From the NCBI GenBank assembly GCA_050951545.1, contig JBMNJG010000005.1:326483-390482 (forward strand): a stretch of 64,000 nucleotides of DNA. The letters are read 5' to 3'. This DNA comes from Limnochordia bacterium (lineage in GTDB: Bacteria; Bacillota; Limnochordia; DTU080). Shown one piece after another: positions 61,540 to 64,000 of the stretch; position 1 is the stretch's first letter, and every line of letters starts with the position of its first letter. The translations under genes were made by a program, and so were the position numbers. The notes under the pieces were generated by a model. It made no database searches. It was given only the letters and a program-made list of their open reading frames with translations, and was not told where the DNA came from.

Positions 61540-62400
61540 TCCCCTGGACAAGAAACTCGCTGCGCGAGTTGGCGGGGTGACCTTTGAGAACGTCTTTGTC
61601 ACCGATGACAAAGAACGGCCCGTTGTAGCAGGCATCTCGCTGAATCCACATGCACTCGAGGCATTCGCCAGCATTACAGGCGAGATCCAGGTGAATAACC
61701 CCGACGGTGCATTGGCTGAATGGGCTGGCCCGCTTGATCACGTCGAACTTGAGTTGAAGCCTACGGTGGCGCCGATTACGCTGTACGAAGAACTTCAACA
61801 GCGACATGAAAAGGCAAAGGCCGATGCCCGAAGGACGGCCTATAGCTGGCCCACAGTCAAGTTCGATGATCTCGGAACAACTGACCAACCAGTGGTGACT
61901 GGTCTGTTAGATGCACGCATCACTCTCGCGCATGCCGAACCCAGTGCCGTCAAGAGCGTGGAGATTGTGTTTGATGGCTCGCCAGTCTATTCTGCATCAG
62001 CTCTGCCCGCTGAGGGTGAGGTGATGATTGAAACTCGGCGATTGCCGGATGGCAGACATATGCTTGAAGCCAGGGTTGCGCTCCATGATGAGCAGCGAGG
62101 GCTGCTTACAGGACCGATCACAGAAAAGGCTGCCTTCGTGACGCGTCATTTCTGGGATCTGTATGATGATTTCACAGCGCCTATCGGTACCGGCTGGTTT
62201 GCAGGCTTTGAGTTCTCCAAGACTTGTGCTGCATCTGCTGGATGGGAGTACTCTAGCGGTCGAGAGGAGGAGTTCCTTGGTGACGGCAGCCGCAGGGTGC
62301 GACCGAGCAACAGCACCGAACACTTGGCCTGGGAGACTCCCCTGCTGAGCGAGTACAAACTTGCGCTGTACGCGAAAGAAATCGCCATCAGTTCCGTCAT
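61540..62400 (+). pseudogene. Fragment homologous to the C-terminal domains of the 55268-58361 protein
   Basis: DDFTAPIGTGWF..SAGWEY..GDGSRRVR..EHLAWETP versus DHFDPPMEGGWF..SEGWAY..GDASRMVR..EYLVWDTP; homology ends near 62400. Confidence 0.65.
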
Positions 62401-62548
62401 CTGGGTTGCCAGGATTTCGTCCCCCCCCCCTGACGCGACAGACATGCCGAACATACAAAAGAGGAGTAGCCATCCATTCGATGGCCGCTCCTCCTTCCAG
62501 ATAACATCCGCCAGTTCCCACCTCTCGCCCCAACCAAGGGCACACTTT

Positions 62549-63589
62549 CTACCGACGCGGCTTTAGCCCCAAGACTTCTATGACCTGTCGGTTGACCAGC
62601 CCTTCTGGTATCCGACCCTGAAGCACATCCACCACGTTTTGAGCCACCCGCTTGGGCAGCTCAGCAATAGCAGTAGTCGACTGGTACGCAATCAACGGGG
62701 TCAGTATCACGGACGGGTGAGCGCGCAGCCGGGCCAGAGCGCTATCTCTGGCTGCCATCTGCTCTGCGGTTTCCTTCACGCGCGCTTTGAACACTGGCGT
62801 ATGCTCGCCCTCCAGCACATCCAGACAGGCACCACAGATGAGTTCCTCATCCAAAGCTTGCACGAGAGCCTCTGTGGAGATAATCGACCCCCGGGCGGTA
62901 TTGACGATCAGAGGTCTCTTCTCCATGGCCCGAAAGGCAGCCTCGTCGAAGAGATGGTAGGTCTCGCGAGTAAGAGCCGTGTGGATCGATATCACATCGG
63001 ACTGTGCGAGCAAGGTGCCGAATTCGACCTGTTCCACGCCGTGGGCCGCAAAGACCTCGGGGGTCACATAGGGATCGTAGACAAGCACCCGCATACCTAG
63101 CGCCTTCAACTTGGGCGCCAGATTCCGTCCGATACCACCAAAACCGCACAGCCCCACCACAAGTGTGCTCAGGCGCCGCAAGTCACTTGGCAGACGCCGG
63201 GGATCGTTTGCTTGCCTCAAGCGATCATAATGCACGATGCGCCGGTGCCAAGAGACGATGAAGGCCAAGGCATGGTCAGCCACATCCGCTTCACCATACC
63301 CACGGGGCACAACCACGGCAATCCCTAAGTCGGTGCAGGCCTCGACATCGATATTGTCATAGCCCAGCCCATATCTACCGATGACACGACACTGCGTGAA
63401 CCTGCTAAGAAAACCGCGATCGGCCGCTTGCGAAAGCAGAAGTGCATCGGCACTGAAGACACGTTCGGGAATACCATCCTGGAGCTCCTCTGCGCCAACA
63501 GGGTCAATCATGACTCCAGCCTTGCCAAAGATCTCTCGTTCGATATCACCCGGACGCCGGCGCAACATGGCTACTCTAAGAGCGCACAT
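62549..63589 (-). CDS. D-2-hydroxyacid dehydrogenase (CtBP-like)
   Basis: RYGLGYDNID, GLCGFGGIG, VNTARG, LDVLEGE; the usual catalytic TPH reads TPL. Confidence 0.88.
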   Translation of the reverse strand: MCALRVAMLRRRPGDIEREIFGKAGVMIDPVGAEELQDGIPERVFSADALLLSQAADRGFLSRFTQCRVIGRYGLGYDNIDVEACTDLGIAVVVPRGYGEADVADHALAFIVSWHRRIVHYDRLRQANDPRRLPSDLRRLSTLVVGLCGFGGIGRNLAPKLKALGMRVLVYDPYVTPEVFAAHGVEQVEFGTLLAQSDVISIHTALTRETYHLFDEAAFRAMEKRPLIVNTARGSIISTEALVQALDEELICGACLDVLEGEHTPVFKARVKETAEQMAARDSALARLRAHPSVILTPLIAYQSTTAIAELPKRVAQNVVDVLQGRIPEGLVNRQVIEVLGLKPRR

Positions 63590-63629
63590 CCTTGATCACC
63601 TCAATTATGACGCATTCTATGTGTCGCTC

Positions 63630-64000
63630 TTAGGCGTTCCACGGTCCCTGAGCATACGACTGTACTATGGAGGCGGCCCCGCGGCTGACACACCCGCCAT
63701 CGGACCCAACAGTGACAAAGAGAAATCCGGCTTCTAGCCACTGGCTCTGGCGCCCTGGCCCGCAAATGCCGGGTATTTTGCCCGTCTGCCGACAGGCCTC
63801 TAGCACCTGCAGAATGGCCTTCTCGTGAACGGGATGCCCTTCTTCAACCTCCAGCGACAATGCCAAGTCTGAGGGGCCTATCCAGCAACCATCGACACCG
63901 TCTACGGCCAGGATCTCAGCCGCGCGCTCCACGCCCAGGCGGGTCTCAATCTGCACTGCCACAAAGATCTCTTCGTTAATCCCATCATTACCCACTGACT
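63630..64000 (-). CDS. HpcH/HpaI aldolase family protein, 5' end beyond window edge
   Basis: VQIET, GVDGCWIGPSDL, GKIPG and GSD. Confidence 0.88.
   Translation of the reverse strand, partial: SVGNDGINEEIFVAVQIETRLGVERAAEILAVDGVDGCWIGPSDLALSLEVEEGHPVHEKAILQVLEACRQTGKIPGICGPGRQSQWLEAGFLFVTVGSDGGCVSRGAASIVQSYAQGPWNA

Noticed and set aside
1-64000. CRISPR array, rRNA, tRNA or prophage
   Set aside because: No spaced direct repeats, RNA gene signatures or phage genes were seen on reading.

Overview
A GC-rich bacterial region, probably Bacillota: it has GGAGG Shine-Dalgarno (SD) sites and sigma-H-like promoters, and its many family-1 sugar-binding proteins recall Limnochordia-like lineages (inference). 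Most of the window encodes carbohydrate and amino-sugar scavenging: seven ABC solute-binding proteins (SBPs) with no permeases, GH20-like proteins, two ceramidase-like hydrolases, deacetylases, a sulfatase, a BNR sialidase-like protein, DUF1080, TIM-barrel isomerases, URO-D-family proteins and a beta-helix enzyme. Four accessory elements stand out. (i) A three-gene restriction-like/BREX-related defence locus at 22.5-32.5 kb: SNF2 helicase-DUF3883, DUF1156 adenine methyltransferase (MTase) and Swt1-HEPN-DUF499 ATPase. (ii) Three paralogous lipoproteins with variable cores; one is split by a 5'-truncated IS1634 between CTAG repeats, and two share a possibly structured leader. (iii) A degraded PIN/UPF0175-like toxin-antitoxin pair. 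(iv) A stand-alone 58-aa Arg/Asp-rich gene with ten consecutive cysteines (19981-20157), the most unusual element found. Many apparent pseudogenes are broken by single-base indels, mostly +1, which look like sequencing errors. No tRNA, rRNA or CRISPR array was seen.
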